Position numbers and translations under genes: made by a program. The notes beneath the pieces were generated by a model. That model had not been told where the DNA came from, ran no database searches, and worked only from the letters and a program-made list of their open reading frames with translations. A DNA stretch of 61,507 bases, filler included, from Stramenopiles sp. TOSAG23-3 (taxonomy: Eukaryota), in NCBI GenBank assembly GCA_900128585.1. It is 22 parts of 22 records of this genome, joined end to end, with 100 filler letters (N's around TTAATTAATTAA, not from the genome) between each part and the next. Parts side by side here need not be neighbours in the genome. Positions count along the whole stretch, not along the records: positions 44,867 to 47,560 come from LT644646.1; positions 47,661 to 50,353 come from LT644647.1; positions 50,454 to 53,145 come from LT644648.1; positions 53,246 to 55,936 come from LT644649.1; positions 56,037 to 58,722 come from LT644650.1; 17 more parts are not named here. One strand, given 5' to 3'. Shown piece after piece: positions 44,867-56,618 of the stretch; position 1 is the first letter of the stretch; every line of letters starts with the position of its first letter.

Positions 44867-46446
44867 GGAAATAGAAGCCAAATTTCAAGCAGAAACTGCA
44901 CCGCAGCAATCTGGACGTCGAGGGCTTGATTGGAGTACGACAGGTCCAGGGCAAACGTCGACATTTTCTTCAGCAAGCCGTTCTGCACCAGGCAGCGCTT
45001 GCCGTCACTATCCTTGGCCACCACCTTGAGAAATTGGTGCAAGAATGCTAGCTGCGACACGGCCGGCACATCCTGATCTTGGATTTTGCGAAAATGCACT
45101 TGCAGCAGCTCCTGAAAGTGTTCTGCAGAAAACAGTCGGATCATTTCCGTTATTTCTTTGTTCAAGGTTTGGTGATCGTGCACTGCCTGCAGCGCACAGA
45201 TCAACCCGCTATGCGTTTGGCTGCTGAACCACGTCCATGCTATATGCAGCACTCGCTCCAAGGGGGTCCGGGCATTCTCCCGAGCTGCCTCTTGCCGCTG
45301 CCTTGCCGTAGGTTTCTTTCCGCCCTTCTTGCTCGAATTCTGCTTTGCTCTCTGCTTGCTTAAGATCTCGCTCTTTCCCTTTCGAGGGTTAAAGCTTTTG
45401 GAGGACGGCACCATCCCCGTCTTCTTGCGATCACCAATCTTCGTCCGAATATCGGCCAAGAGAAGGGTGACCAGTTTCGTAGCTCGGCGTACCACACTCG
45501 GGTTTGACGTCAAAAAGCATGGGCGCAACACATTCATGAACACATACATGTCGTCCGGGCGTTTGGTGACAAGGGCGACTATCCGCTCGATGGATATTGG
45601 CATGGTAAGACCGTGCAACCACCGCTTGATGGCTTTGTACGGCCCGTCCGTGCACAGCCCCACCAGTCGCGGGGCATGCACGGTAAGCATGAGGGCGGCC
45701 CCTCTGGGGTTGACTTTAAACGCCTTGCACAGCGACGTAACGAGGAATTCTACTATTGTTTTCGACCCACCAGTGCTTTCTACAGAAGGGGCATCGGACG
45801 ATGCGATGGAACTGGCCTCTCTTTCGTGCGAGGAGTTCGGCGGGAGCAGGGGCAATACTTTCGCTAACCGCTGGGCGCGCTGGGCACCGCTGAGGGTCGA
45901 TTGAATGCTCCGCTCCTCCTCCGTGCCGTTTGCTGTTTTCCTGGCCGGTGCGACGGGGGAGGCAGGGCCTCCCGATGCTTCGCTCCCGTCGCTGCGGCCG
46001 GTAGGGAGCAAGGTCTCCTTCTTCCCCCCGTGTTGAAAGTTGTGGACTTGGTTCTTAATGTTCCTGAGCACTGAGACGAGGGCTTTCGGGTCTCCGGCGA
46101 CGATTCTGGCCTTCGTCGTGTCCAACATGGGTACACCGTGCGTTTCAAGAATCGGGCCCAGCACGTTCCAATTGTACAACATGGACGTAGCCGTCGACGC
46201 CTTTCGCAGCGTGTTCACGACGGCAGCGGACTGCCGGCCTACCATCCCGTACTTGGGGTTTGCCTCCAACCCACGCAGGAGGAGCGCGACCGCGTACCCG
46301 TTTTGGAACTTTACCCAAGTGCTTCCTTTCACGGTCAAAAGTTTCTTCTCATACCCTGGCGCGGGGTAGACTTCCGGCGCGCGCCGGGGGAGGACTTTTT
46401 CCTTCTGCAGCCATTTGGCAAGGGGCAGGGGAATGGTGGAAGACAT
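44867..46446 (-). CDS. Protein with an N-terminal SPEF1/SPEF2-type calponin-homology domain and helical repeats (3'-truncated)
   Basis: FQNGYAVALLL...LYNWNVLGPILETHGV...KARIVAGD resembles the CH_2 domain. Confidence 0.65.
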
Positions 46447-47711
46447 GGTCTGTGCTCGCGTTGGAAAAGGGAAACAAAACTTAAATACCCCTTACAAACA
46501 AGTTTATATATGTACACGTCAACTTGCGACGGACGCCAGGCTCGCACTGGAAACGATTCCGTTCTCTCCTTTATAGTATGTTTTATATACAATAATCAGG
46601 AAGAAAAGAAAATTCTTTCACAGTTTATCATTGATGTTGTTGTTCTTGTTGATGGGTTTCGATTCATTTCTTCTACATTTTAAAAATGTGCAGTGAATGT
46701 ATTGTGAAGAACGAACTAGTAACGATTATTTAGTTGTTCCAATTATCTACGTAACAATAGCTAAATGTAAAAAATAATAATTAATAATAATAAAAAATGT
46801 GTTATTAAAGATCATCATCATGATCATTCTTTTTTACGCTGTACACAGTATGTGTTAAAAATATTATTCTCTTCCTTTCTTCTTCTTTCTTCTTCTTCTT
46901 CTTCTTCTTTCTTCTTCTTTCTTCTTCTTCTTTCTTCTTCTTCTTTCTTCTTCTTTTATATTTCTTCTTCTTTTAATTATTTATTATATATAGGAATATC
47001 AAGTCAGTGGTGTTGAGTAATTATTAAGATTATTTATCAAATCTATTTATATACTTTTTTTTTAATTAAAATATAATTCTTCTTTCTTTCTCTTTCTTCT
47101 TCATTTCATCGATCAGAGATCAGAGATCGGCAACGGACAATTCATTTATAATTAAAAAAAAGAGAAAAAAAAAGAGAAAGAGAAAAATAATAAAAAATAG
47201 GTTTAATATTGCTCATCCTTGATCCCTTATACTGTGTCCTGTATAACTATTCTAACTACCTACAATACCATTACGGTTCGATTGTACATCAAGTGAGTGA
47301 CCCTTTTCGCATTTCTTCTTATTTTTTGTTCTTTACTTAAAAACATAATTATTTTTTATTTTTTAATGATAGTCCTAATACAGTATAATAATAGAGTTAT
47401 CATTCTTGATACTTGAAACTATTATAAATAATTAAGGTGATATATTATATATTTATAATTTCCAAAAGGGTTAATCAATTTGTCCCTTGCTATTTGTATG
47501 TATTAAATGTTCTGGTTTAGTTCGTGGCTAGAATTGATTGAGGAAGAAAAAGAATGTGAANNNNNNNNNNNNNNNNNNNNNNNNNNNNNNNNNNNNNNNN
47601 NNNNTTAATTAATTAANNNNNNNNNNNNNNNNNNNNNNNNNNNNNNNNNNNNNNNNNNNNTATTTATTATTTCTACTTTTCGTAAGTTTTGAAGAAGAAA
47701 CAAGTAAAGGT

Positions 47712-48190
47712 TTAGGGTACGAAGAAACTACTTTTGTAATCTTTTGTTTGAGAAGAAATATCAGAATTACCACCCAAGATAAGTGACCCAAGCCTTGGAA
47801 ACGATCCATTTCGCAATGAATCCAAGAGTGATCTACAACCAACATCACCAATTTTATTATCGGCCAACCAAAGCTTATATGCAGATATACACTGTAAGGA
47901 AGCAATACCATTGTCTCCAATATTGTTGGAACAAAAACTTACAAAGCTCAAGCTCGTCATTTTCATCAACACCGGTGCTAAGGTTTTAAATCCATTATCT
48001 CCAATATTGTTTCCAGACAAATTAAGAGAGTTCAAGTGTTTCATTGTTCTTAAGGCCGGAGCGATTGTTCGGCAGCCTTCATCTCCAATATTGTTTTCAG
48101 ACAAATCAAGAGTCCATAAGTTTGGTAAGGCCGGAGCGATTGTTCGGCAGCCTTCATCTCCAATATTGTACTTTCTCTTTTCCTTGACAT
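47712..48190 (-). pseudogene. Leucine-rich-repeat (RI-like) gene fragment without an obvious start codon
   Basis: LxLSxNNIGDxG repeats with an identical 44-bp duplication at 75-bp period (48051, 48126). There is an in-frame TAA upstream with no ATG before the repeats, so it could also be a terminal exon. Confidence 0.55.
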
Positions 48191-48355
48191 TATATTATAA
48201 TCCTTCAAAAACTTTTTTTTTAAAAACTTATACTTTCTAAGCATATAAAAGTGATGAATCGTCTCGTATCACTTTGTTCAACAACTATATCAAAATGTTC
48301 TGTTCACCACCACCATGTCTCAATTCACTCGAAGAACGACACTGGAATCCTAATC

Positions 48356-48814
48356 CTAAAACCTAAAATAATTATTAATAAAAAATGATGATGGTGCCCC
48401 CCCCACCCCTCTTTTCCTCTGTTTCGTTTGCCCCTGGCGATGTAGATACTGATGTAGATTCGGAGTATGAACCAACAGACGAAGAAATGGAACACACCTT
48501 TCAATGCACCTATTCATTTTTGATTCGAGCAGAAGGAGTCGCTGCATAATAGTTTGCAAATCGGCGGCGGTGCAGGTGGTGGACGACGCATTTGAAAAGG
48601 TCATTTGGTATTTTGAATCATTTACCTTTATCAGCAGCTCGGCCCTGCTAATAGAAGATAAGTTGCCTGGACAAACCTTCTTTTTTTTAAAATGATTTTT
48701 CAAAGAAATTTTCTGAGTAAATAAAGCTCCGCACCGCTCACATTTGAAAGGTCGTGGTTTGCTTACGTTCATAATGGTTTGTGTGTCGTTGACTATGGTC
48801 TCTGTTGATGTCAT
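48356..48814 (-). CDS. Small zinc-finger protein (CxxC...H...C type)
   Basis: PFKCERCGALFTQKISLKNHFKKKKVC followed by ISRAELL. Confidence 0.6.
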   Translation of the reverse strand: MTSTETIVNDTQTIMNVSKPRPFKCERCGALFTQKISLKNHFKKKKVCPGNLSSISRAELLIKVNDSKYQMTFSNASSTTCTAADLQTIMQRLLLLESKMNRCIERCVPFLRLLVHTPNLHQYLHRQGQTKQRKRGVGGAPSSFFINNYFRF

Positions 48815-49291
48815 TGGTTGTATATAATATATAACATATAAATTTAAATAATTATAAATCAAATTTTATAATAAAATATGTATAAAGTTAAAGAATATAA
48901 AGGATTAAAGAAAGAATCTATAAGAAAGAGGAGGAATAGAAGAGGTAAAAAAGAAACGCCAGGAAAAAGAGAAGTTTCGCTGTTTACAAATTTACAAAAA
49001 AGAAAAAAAGTTTAAGAGGATTTTGAAAATGTCAGGGAAAATTAAAAAAAAAAAAAAGTAATTGTAAAATTGTAAACAGCGTTGAACGGTCTTCAAGAAT
49101 GCAAACCATTACCTCCCGAAAAAAAAATATTAAAAAAAGATTTACATATTTTATGTTTATTTTAGTGGGCTTTATAAAAATTATCGAATATATATTATGT
49201 TTTCTTTTTCCTTTCTGATCAGTTTCGAGGGGTTCCAAATTCTTACGACTCTAATTTTGAATATTAACTGCGGCCATAACACAGTTCCTCC

Positions 49292-50353
49292 TCATCTGAC
49301 CTTCAACCTACACTCTCCCCGGAACGTATCCATCTGTGCCCTGCACTCGTAGTTCTCTGGGCACTCGCCGCCGCTCGTGCAGTGCTTCATCTCCCCGGTG
49401 GGCTCAAGGCATGTCCCTCTCATAAAAATGGCCTTGGAAGTCTCGTCTTCCACAATGTCCTGGTTCACGAAGCACTCCAAGTTTCCCTTGCAGTTCTGGT
49501 CCGTCCGGCAGAGCTGGGGCAGGGTGGCGAGGGAGGCAGTAATTTTGGAAGCGGGGATGAAACGCCCAACGCACCAGGAGCATATGAAATTGTATGCTGC
49601 GAAGCGAGAAAAGTACGAGACCTTGTTGAAGACGGGTAGATCGCAATCTTCCTTGGAAAGGAACATACAAACGGGGGGTTTGTAGATGCGGCCCCGGGGT
49701 GTGGTAACCACATTATCATCCTCATCGTCGTCCGTGTTGTCCCACATGATGGAATTCATAATGCTTTCACCGGTTGGCTTTTGAAAACCCACGTGAGAAG
49801 GTTTACCAAAGTCATCCCACCCGACTTCTTCGTCGTCTAGGGCGTCGTCGTCCGTTTCGTCCCACATGCCCTTCTCCCAGTTCATTTTGGCATATTTTCC
49901 TCTTCGATCTTCGACGCTAAAGCCACCGGCTTCTTCGTCTTCGATTTCGCCCAACCCAGGCAGTCCGTTTATTCCCAGCTTGCGAGGTGATGGATCAGCG
50001 AGCCTCAGCCTCCTCTGGATCCCACTCTCACGTCTATACAGGGCACACTTTGGATGTGAATACAGAAAGGCTGCAAATGCTTTCAAATCCTCCGGTGATC
50101 GTATCGGGCAAGCAGTTGACTCTGCTCCTGCAAATTGAAAGCAAGTTCTTGCAGCTTGTGTACAGTATCCTCCAAAAAATTCATCCGGGGGACATGTATG
50201 CAATTTACATATGGCATGATTAAAAACCGCAAATCGTTCACGTCGTTCACGGTCCCCAAAAAAATTGTCGCCGACTTCTTCGTCGTCCGTTTCGTAGTAA
50301 TTGTGCAGATCAATGAAATAGTAGTTCCAATTCCTCTGGTGGATGTTCTCCAA
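49292..50353 (-). CDS. C-terminal part of a hypothetical protein with Cys-rich modules
   Basis: Open from the contig end. CRTDQNCKGNLEC and CTSGGECPENYEC modules; acidic middle. Confidence 0.7.
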   Translation of the reverse strand: MENIHQRNWNYYFIDLHNYYETDDEEVGDNFFGDRERRERFAVFNHAICKLHTCPPDEFFGGYCTQAARTCFQFAGAESTACPIRSPEDLKAFAAFLYSHPKCALYRRESGIQRRLRLADPSPRKLGINGLPGLGEIEDEEAGGFSVEDRRGKYAKMNWEKGMWDETDDDALDDEEVGWDDFGKPSHVGFQKPTGESIMNSIMWDNTDDDEDDNVVTTPRGRIYKPPVCMFLSKEDCDLPVFNKVSYFSRFAAYNFICSWCVGRFIPASKITASLATLPQLCRTDQNCKGNLECFVNQDIVEDETSKAIFMRGTCLEPTGEMKHCTSGGECPENYECRAQMDTFRGECRLKVR

Positions 50354-50821
50354 NNNNNNNNNNNNNNNNNNNNNNNNNNNNNNNNNNNNNNNNNNNNTTA
50401 ATTAATTAANNNNNNNNNNNNNNNNNNNNNNNNNNNNNNNNNNNNNNNNNNNNACTTCTCTAAAATCAGTGGGGAGACGGTAAGTTTTTGCTACTTTCCA
50501 TACTCTGCCTTTGACGCTCTTATGCACAAACAGAACATTACATGACAGTTATATGTCGATCGTGGATTTGATCTGAACAACGTCCCTCTCTATTTTATTC
50601 TATATTTCTTTACAAACCCCAACCCATACAGACCATTCTTCGAACAAAAACCAAAAAAGAAGCAGCCTCTAAGCCTCTAAGAAGAAGAAGAAGATAGAAG
50701 AAGAAGAAGAAGAAGGGAAGAGAAAGAAGTATTATAAGAGCGAAGAAGAGAAGTTGTTCTTCGAATAATTATTTTATAATTTATGATACATAATCACAAC
50801 ATTGATATAAACTTAACGTCA

Positions 50822-52627
50822 TCAAATTCTAGTCATTGCAATTGATGCAGTTGTTTTTGCCTTCTTCTTTGTTGTTGTCCCTTTTCCCCCTCCTTCTTTC
50901 CGAGTCTTCCAAGTAGTAGCCCCACCTTCCTCACCCCCATCCTCCCGTTCAATCGTGTTCATGAAAGAGATCTGTTCAATTTGCATAAATGTTTTTCTTC
51001 GGTTGCCAACGATTTGGGTGACGGTCTTTTCAATCGCATCAGAATTGGACTTGCTAACAGTGGTGTTTCTACCTAGAAACCATTGGGCATTGTCCAACTT
51101 GCTAGGTGGAAGGAAGTACCCAACCCAGTTCCCAAACGCCATTGCTTTCTGGTAGAGCGATTCATTTTCCAGAATCTCTGAAAAGTGCATGTCATTCAAC
51201 GCTTTCTCCGCCTCGTTGATAGCTTTGGCAAGGGTGTGCTTCCCGGCGGCCTCGGACTGTTTTGCCAAGTACAACACGAAATCAGCCAACACTTCGTTTC
51301 GCAAGGACCTGTGCGCGCGCGCGTGAACGCAGGCGAGGCACTTCATCTGTTTGGCGGTACACTTTTCGTCCTCAATCCCTGCCTTGTACTCCTGCAGCGC
51401 CGTCCGGGGCGCGACACCAAGACGCAGCAGTGCGACGTCGGCAATGGCTACCAACTTTGCGTAAATAACGTTTTCCTGCATCAAGTCGTTCTTGCCTAAA
51501 TACGTAGGGACATGGAAGAGATCGTGCTCGCCTCTGGCGGACTTGCGCTGCTTCTTGTGCCCCCCTTTTACTATCATATGCCGGTACTCCATTATCAACA
51601 CGCTGGCCCACAAAATGACTGAATAAACAACGAAACTAATGCCTACCTCTGACTCTAGCACACAGGCGCACATGGAGTCAATCCCTAGGGCGATTTGTGC
51701 GGTGGCGTAAACGAGAAGAGCTTTCCCAAGCGCTCGGTGAAACCGGCGAAGGCGGGTGGCCAAAACGGGGTTTGCCACAAACCCCATCCTGTGCTGGTGG
51801 GAGGCATGGACAAACGTGCCAACGCTGCCTTGCACGGTTGCCAGGAGGCCAAAGATAAGGCCCCCTTGGCCGTGTACGGTGTTGTAGTGTGACTCTGGCT
51901 TGGTGACATAACTCAAAATCGTCAGCGGCATGGTCAACACGGTCGCGACGGACTGCAAGTACATATGGTACACGACCCAGTTTGGATTGTGACGCCAATA
52001 TCGTGCGATTATTCCGCCAATAAGCGTGCTGCCGGCCCATATGGTTGTCATAAACGAGCCGTGCAAAGTACGAAAGAGATGATTCCGAGTTTCCAAAGAG
52101 TTATCCACTGCCAACGTCTTCCAGTTTAGCTCAAACGTACCCCTTGTGGTAGTGCTGTGCTTCTTGTTGTACTCCCCAAAGGACCAGATGAGCCTTACAA
52201 CGGGCTGGTCCGCAGGTTGCAGTGCCAGCGGGCCAAGGTGGGATCCCTGGACAACGACGGTCGTGATCGACCCGCTTCGGGTCACCGTCGCTTCGGTGAG
52301 GTTCTGCACCACGGCAGGCACCCCGGGCTTCCACGACATCTTTGTGAGCTTAAAAATTTCGACGGCGTCGGACGCAAACGCGGCATAGCTTGGAACCTTG
52401 TTGACCATATAGTTTCCTGACGTGTGGCCCGGGTTGACCATTCCGAACCCTACGAACCGCTTCCCAGACGACGTGAGGGTCAATGTTATCCTTGCATTTT
52501 CAGTATCAATAGACTCCCAAGAGAACGTCAAGTCTTTGTGCAGGGACTTCTCCACCTTTCCATTACTCGCTTTCCCGTTCCGGACGGTCGTCGCAAGACA
52601 AAGGAAATAAACAATGAAGCGCATCAT
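50822..52627 (-). CDS. DOMON-cytochrome b561 domain membrane protein
   Basis: Signal peptide MMRFIVYFLCLA, a DOMON-like region (FVGFG, LIWSFG..H) and four heme histidines (LHGSFM, YHMYLQ, VHGQGG, FHRALG). Confidence 0.85.
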   Translation of the reverse strand: MMRFIVYFLCLATTVRNGKASNGKVEKSLHKDLTFSWESIDTENARITLTLTSSGKRFVGFGMVNPGHTSGNYMVNKVPSYAAFASDAVEIFKLTKMSWKPGVPAVVQNLTEATVTRSGSITTVVVQGSHLGPLALQPADQPVVRLIWSFGEYNKKHSTTTRGTFELNWKTLAVDNSLETRNHLFRTLHGSFMTTIWAGSTLIGGIIARYWRHNPNWVVYHMYLQSVATVLTMPLTILSYVTKPESHYNTVHGQGGLIFGLLATVQGSVGTFVHASHQHRMGFVANPVLATRLRRFHRALGKALLVYATAQIALGIDSMCACVLESEVGISFVVYSVILWASVLIMEYRHMIVKGGHKKQRKSARGEHDLFHVPTYLGKNDLMQENVIYAKLVAIADVALLRLGVAPRTALQEYKAGIEDEKCTAKQMKCLACVHARAHRSLRNEVLADFVLYLAKQSEAAGKHTLAKAINEAEKALNDMHFSEILENESLYQKAMAFGNWVGYFLPPSKLDNAQWFLGRNTTVSKSNSDAIEKTVTQIVGNRRKTFMQIEQISFMNTIEREDGGEEGGATTWKTRKEGGGKGTTTKKKAKTTASIAMTRI

Positions 52628-53245
52628 CTCTAGGCATACGTGAACGAGTAGGAGCCCAAATGATTGTTTTACCACGTTGAAGCGTAAAAAAATCCCTTTT
52701 GCATCGTTTTGCAGCACACAGACGATGGCGGGTTCCCTTCAAAGGATAAAATCATACACTGTCGTTTGATTGTTTAGTTATTATTAAAACAAATTCAAAT
52801 ATAATAATAATATAAATACTACAGTGTCGTAATATATAAAACAACAATTATTATTTTACTTTTTTTTTCTCAAAACCAAAAAATCAAACAACACGACACA
52901 ACATCGAATTAATTTATATTTTTTCATTTTTTATAATAATTTTTTATTCTTCTTTTTTTTTCTTTTTTCTATTTTGTTCTTATGCTATTACCTGTATTAA
53001 TATTATATAATTTTATTATTATTTTACATTTAATTTTTACTAAATTCCTACTTTTGTTATCTTGTTGTTGTAATGAAGACTATACTAAATCTATTCTATG
53101 TCTATGTTAATATATTGTTGTAGTATTAAATATGAATTTTTTACANNNNNNNNNNNNNNNNNNNNNNNNNNNNNNNNNNNNNNNNNNNNTTAATTAATTA
53201 ANNNNNNNNNNNNNNNNNNNNNNNNNNNNNNNNNNNNNNNNNNNN

Positions 53246-53944
53246 GCTGAACCAGGAATCTTTGTACGCCCCGTCCTGTTCCGTGTTCCTTCTAGTCCCA
53301 CCGTCTGCTTCTGGGAGCGGGCGAGAAGCTGACGACCTGGCGCCCTTGGAAGTAACGGTCCTTAACTTTTGGGGGGCTGGGGCCGGCGAGTTATAATAAT
53401 GCTTGATCAGCGTCTCTTCAAACTTTTGGGCCCCTTGGCTGGCCTTCCTCAGCGCAGCTTTGGACGTCCCCAGGAATTGCTTTACCAAAACCCTGTAGTT
53501 GGCAAGTGTGTAGCTGAACTCTTCGAGCGTCACGTCGCCGTCCCCGTTGCCGTCAAAGAGTGGCCACACCCAAACCAGATCGTTCATGCCTACCCCCTGT
53601 ATTCTAAGATCGTCGCAAGCTCGTATGAAGTCCCTTTGTGTAATCTGTTTTTTTCCGTTCAATACGAATTCGTTTATCAGCTGTCGTCCAAAGGCCTTGG
53701 TCAACAGAAGAAACACGTCCGCGGAGTCTACTTTCCTGGGCCGCTCGTCGTGCTGACAGACAACATCATCGCTGATTTTCGCCGATATGGAATACGTCCC
53801 ATTTGCGATCCACTTGTGCCCTTTGTTGTGTATACCATTGTGCTCTTCCAGAGTATCCGCCGCATTTCGGAATTTCGCCTGGATTTGCTCCAACCGTGTA
53901 TGGATGCGCCCTTTGATTTTATTCGTAATACCACACCGACTCAT
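53246..53944 (-). CDS. EF-hand-containing protein (3'-truncated)
   Basis: FDGNGDGDVTLEEF loop. Confidence 0.7.
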
Positions 53945-54821
53945 CACGGAACAATTCCAAATTCAATTTGTTAAGAAACACAAGGATATCGCAACTTTTC
54001 TATACGTACATACATACATTACACATACACTTTCTTTACCATTACATGTCATCAACGCTCATAGATATTTATTTTCTTGCATTTCATTCATTATCATTCG
54101 TGAAATGTTCGTTTCGTTTGAAATGAATTTTTGACATCTTTTAATACAATAATAACTAACGGCCGCCGGCGGTTTCTCTTCTGTAGTTAGGGTTAGGGTA
54201 AAAATACCTGAATATAATCGTAACAATGCTCTGACACTGTTATCCGGATATTACTATAGGAATACCAAAGGAGAAGCAAATCCATCCCTCCTTCCTAATT
54301 AGTATTCTAATTTCCTATACAATGTTGTAGTAAAATTAGTTTTCTCCTTTCTCATTTGTCATCAATAAAAGAGCAGGTGAATAGCATCAAGTAAATTGGT
54401 GGTGAAAGAACAGCCATTCATTTCGATTTCATCTTTATTTAAATGGGCATAGCATTGATTGTATTTATAATAGACAGAGCATCTATGAAAATTATATATC
54501 CCCTCTACAACAAACTGTTTAATATATACACAATATACAAATACGTTCCTTCAATGCACCATCATTTTTATTGGAGCATTCCATTTTTAGAAAATAGTTC
54601 AATGCTATGGCATGTTAATCGTGAAAGAAATCCAAATTCATCTCTAAAAATTGTCCAAAAAAGGAAAAGGCGAAGTCGAACAATGCATCGGAACGGTTCC
54701 TTCTCGGTGCATGAGAGGAGGCAACGAAAGAAAGAAAGTACTGTTGTGGACGAATTGAAAGGAACCGTTTCATACAAACAGAAAGCACATACAAATATTA
54801 AACAACGCATTTATCTAGTAG

Positions 54822-55000
54822 GTAAGTAATCAGCAACACGCCCGCCCGTGACACCATCCCACACACACACACACACACACGCTCCGCTCTCTCAAGCGCA
54901 ATATTGCATTTTTATTGCGCTTCCCCGACTGCTGTTTCGAGAAAAAGAAGACAAGACAAACGACTAACATTAAATTCTACTCTTTGTTCCCGCCCGCCAG
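54822..55000 (+). other. Probable 5'-UTR spliceosomal intron of RPL29
   Basis: AG|GTAAGT donor, GACTAAC branch site at 54962-54968, pyrimidine tract, and CAG acceptor 14 nt before the ATG. Confidence 0.75.
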
Positions 55001-55014
55001 TCTAAAATTTTAAA

Positions 55015-55206
55015 ATGGTTAAACAAAAGAATCACACAGCGCGTAACCAAACGTTCAAGGCTCACCGCAATGGTATTAAGAAGGTAAAGAAGCAACGTTA
55101 CACTAACTTGAAAGGTGTCGACCCGAAATTCCTCAGAAACCAACGCTTTGCCAAACGAAACAACCGAAGAGGGCAAAAGAAGCACGACAAGAAAAACAAA
55201 GCATAA
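55015..55206 (+). CDS. RPL29: 60S ribosomal protein L29 (eL29)
   Basis: [19 protein letters not shown]...[16 protein letters not shown]. Confidence 0.96.
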   Translation: MVKQKNHTARNQTFKAHRNGIKKVKKQRYTNLKGVDPKFLRNQRFAKRNNRRGQKKHDKKNKA

Positions 55207-56203
55207 ATCAATTGCGGGTTAGTTTGTTAGTATCGTATATTCTTGTGGATGTGCACGTTTTTGCTCGTTTTGCTAGGAGTGTGAGCTTCGCATTTGGCCG
55301 GAGGAGTCCATTATGATTTGGAGAGAGGAAGGGAGTGACATTGCACGCATACGAACCTTGTGGTGTTTGTTTGTGGTGTGTTTTGAGTTTTAAATTAAAT
55401 CCGAATCATTAGAGTTCCAGTACAATCTGCTAGTCACCCCGTGTACGTGCCCTGGCCGTCCCCCTCGCTTACCGTCCTCGGTCAAACGAACGATCCAATT
55501 CCCTTGGTAACGAATCCACCCGTTCGATCTGTTTCAATTGTTTCTTCCGTGTTGTACTTGTACCTTGAGTTCAGCCAGTTTGTGTAGTTGTAGATAGCTA
55601 TTCGTATCCTTTACATAGGTTTATTGCTTCCTATTCTACCCTATTAATTGTATTCCATTGTATATTTTATAGGTGTTTATGAATACACAATACTGTACTA
55701 TTAAATTGGCAACTTGTCAACAGTTTTTGTACTTACGTTTGCCACTTCGTCCACTCCGGCGACAACGAAGTTAGTTCTTCGCTTTTACGTTTAATTAGTA
55801 ATTTACATACAGCGTACACGTAGTTTTCTTTTTCTCATCAGTCTGAAGTTTAGTTTTAATTACACTTTATAAAAAATCATATAGAACGACGGCTCGTTCG
55901 CTTGAAACAAACGACGAAAGAGACAATCCAACAAATNNNNNNNNNNNNNNNNNNNNNNNNNNNNNNNNNNNNNNNNNNNNTTAATTAATTAANNNNNNNN
56001 NNNNNNNNNNNNNNNNNNNNNNNNNNNNNNNNNNNNACGGAAATGTAAGTGTTTCCAATGTAATTTGAATGAACTATATCATAGTACCGTTGGATCTCAC
56101 AGGGATCCAACGGTAAATTTGCTCTATTTGGCCGTGTGTTGTTTGTAGCGCCATCCATATATAGTAAAAAAGAAATTACTACTTTCGAAAGAACGAGGCG
56201 TCC

Positions 56204-56548
56204 TTGTCGGTGCAGGGGTGCCTGTACCTGAGGCCGCCGAAAGGCTACCTGCGGCTGGCGCAGATGGTGGCCTGGCACCCGGTCAAATCGTTGACGGCCG
56301 ACGAGCACCGGATCATGGCGGACTTTGTGGGCCGCGCCCGCCTCCGTGGAGCGTGCCTGACGCACAACAACCACCGCGTCAACAAGGAGGGGGACAAGTT
56401 GGTGGGGAATTTGGCCTTTTTCAAAGCCAAGTTGGAGGCGGCGTTCCGGCTGTACACGCGGGGCTATACGGACCCCGCCCTTCTTGGTGGGAAACTGCCG
56501 GAACTGCTCGCCAGCATGTCGTGGCGAAAGCATTGTTATAGACAATAA
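56204..56548 (+). CDS. Hypothetical protein or fragment
   Basis: GC-rich ORF island; start codon uncertain. Confidence 0.4.
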   Translation: MSVQGCLYLRPPKGYLRLAQMVAWHPVKSLTADEHRIMADFVGRARLRGACLTHNNHRVNKEGDKLVGNLAFFKAKLEAAFRLYTRGYTDPALLGGKLPELLASMSWRKHCYRQ

Positions 56549-56618
56549 AAAAGTANNNNNNNNNNNNNNNNNNNGTTATATTTATCCTTTTTTCTTTCTT
56601 ACCCCACCCAACTGCAAA

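Noticed and set aside
47275-47290. GGTTCGATT followed by GTAC, a possible second split tRNA
   Set aside because: No D-arm, anticodon arm or acceptor stem upstream.
54187-54198. TTAGGG x2 telomere-like repeat
   Set aside because: Only two internal copies; could be chance or a telo-box and cannot be supported.
55430-55520. MORN-like peptide RYQGNW...GDGQGTY on the minus strand
   Set aside because: Too short and not part of a coherent ORF.
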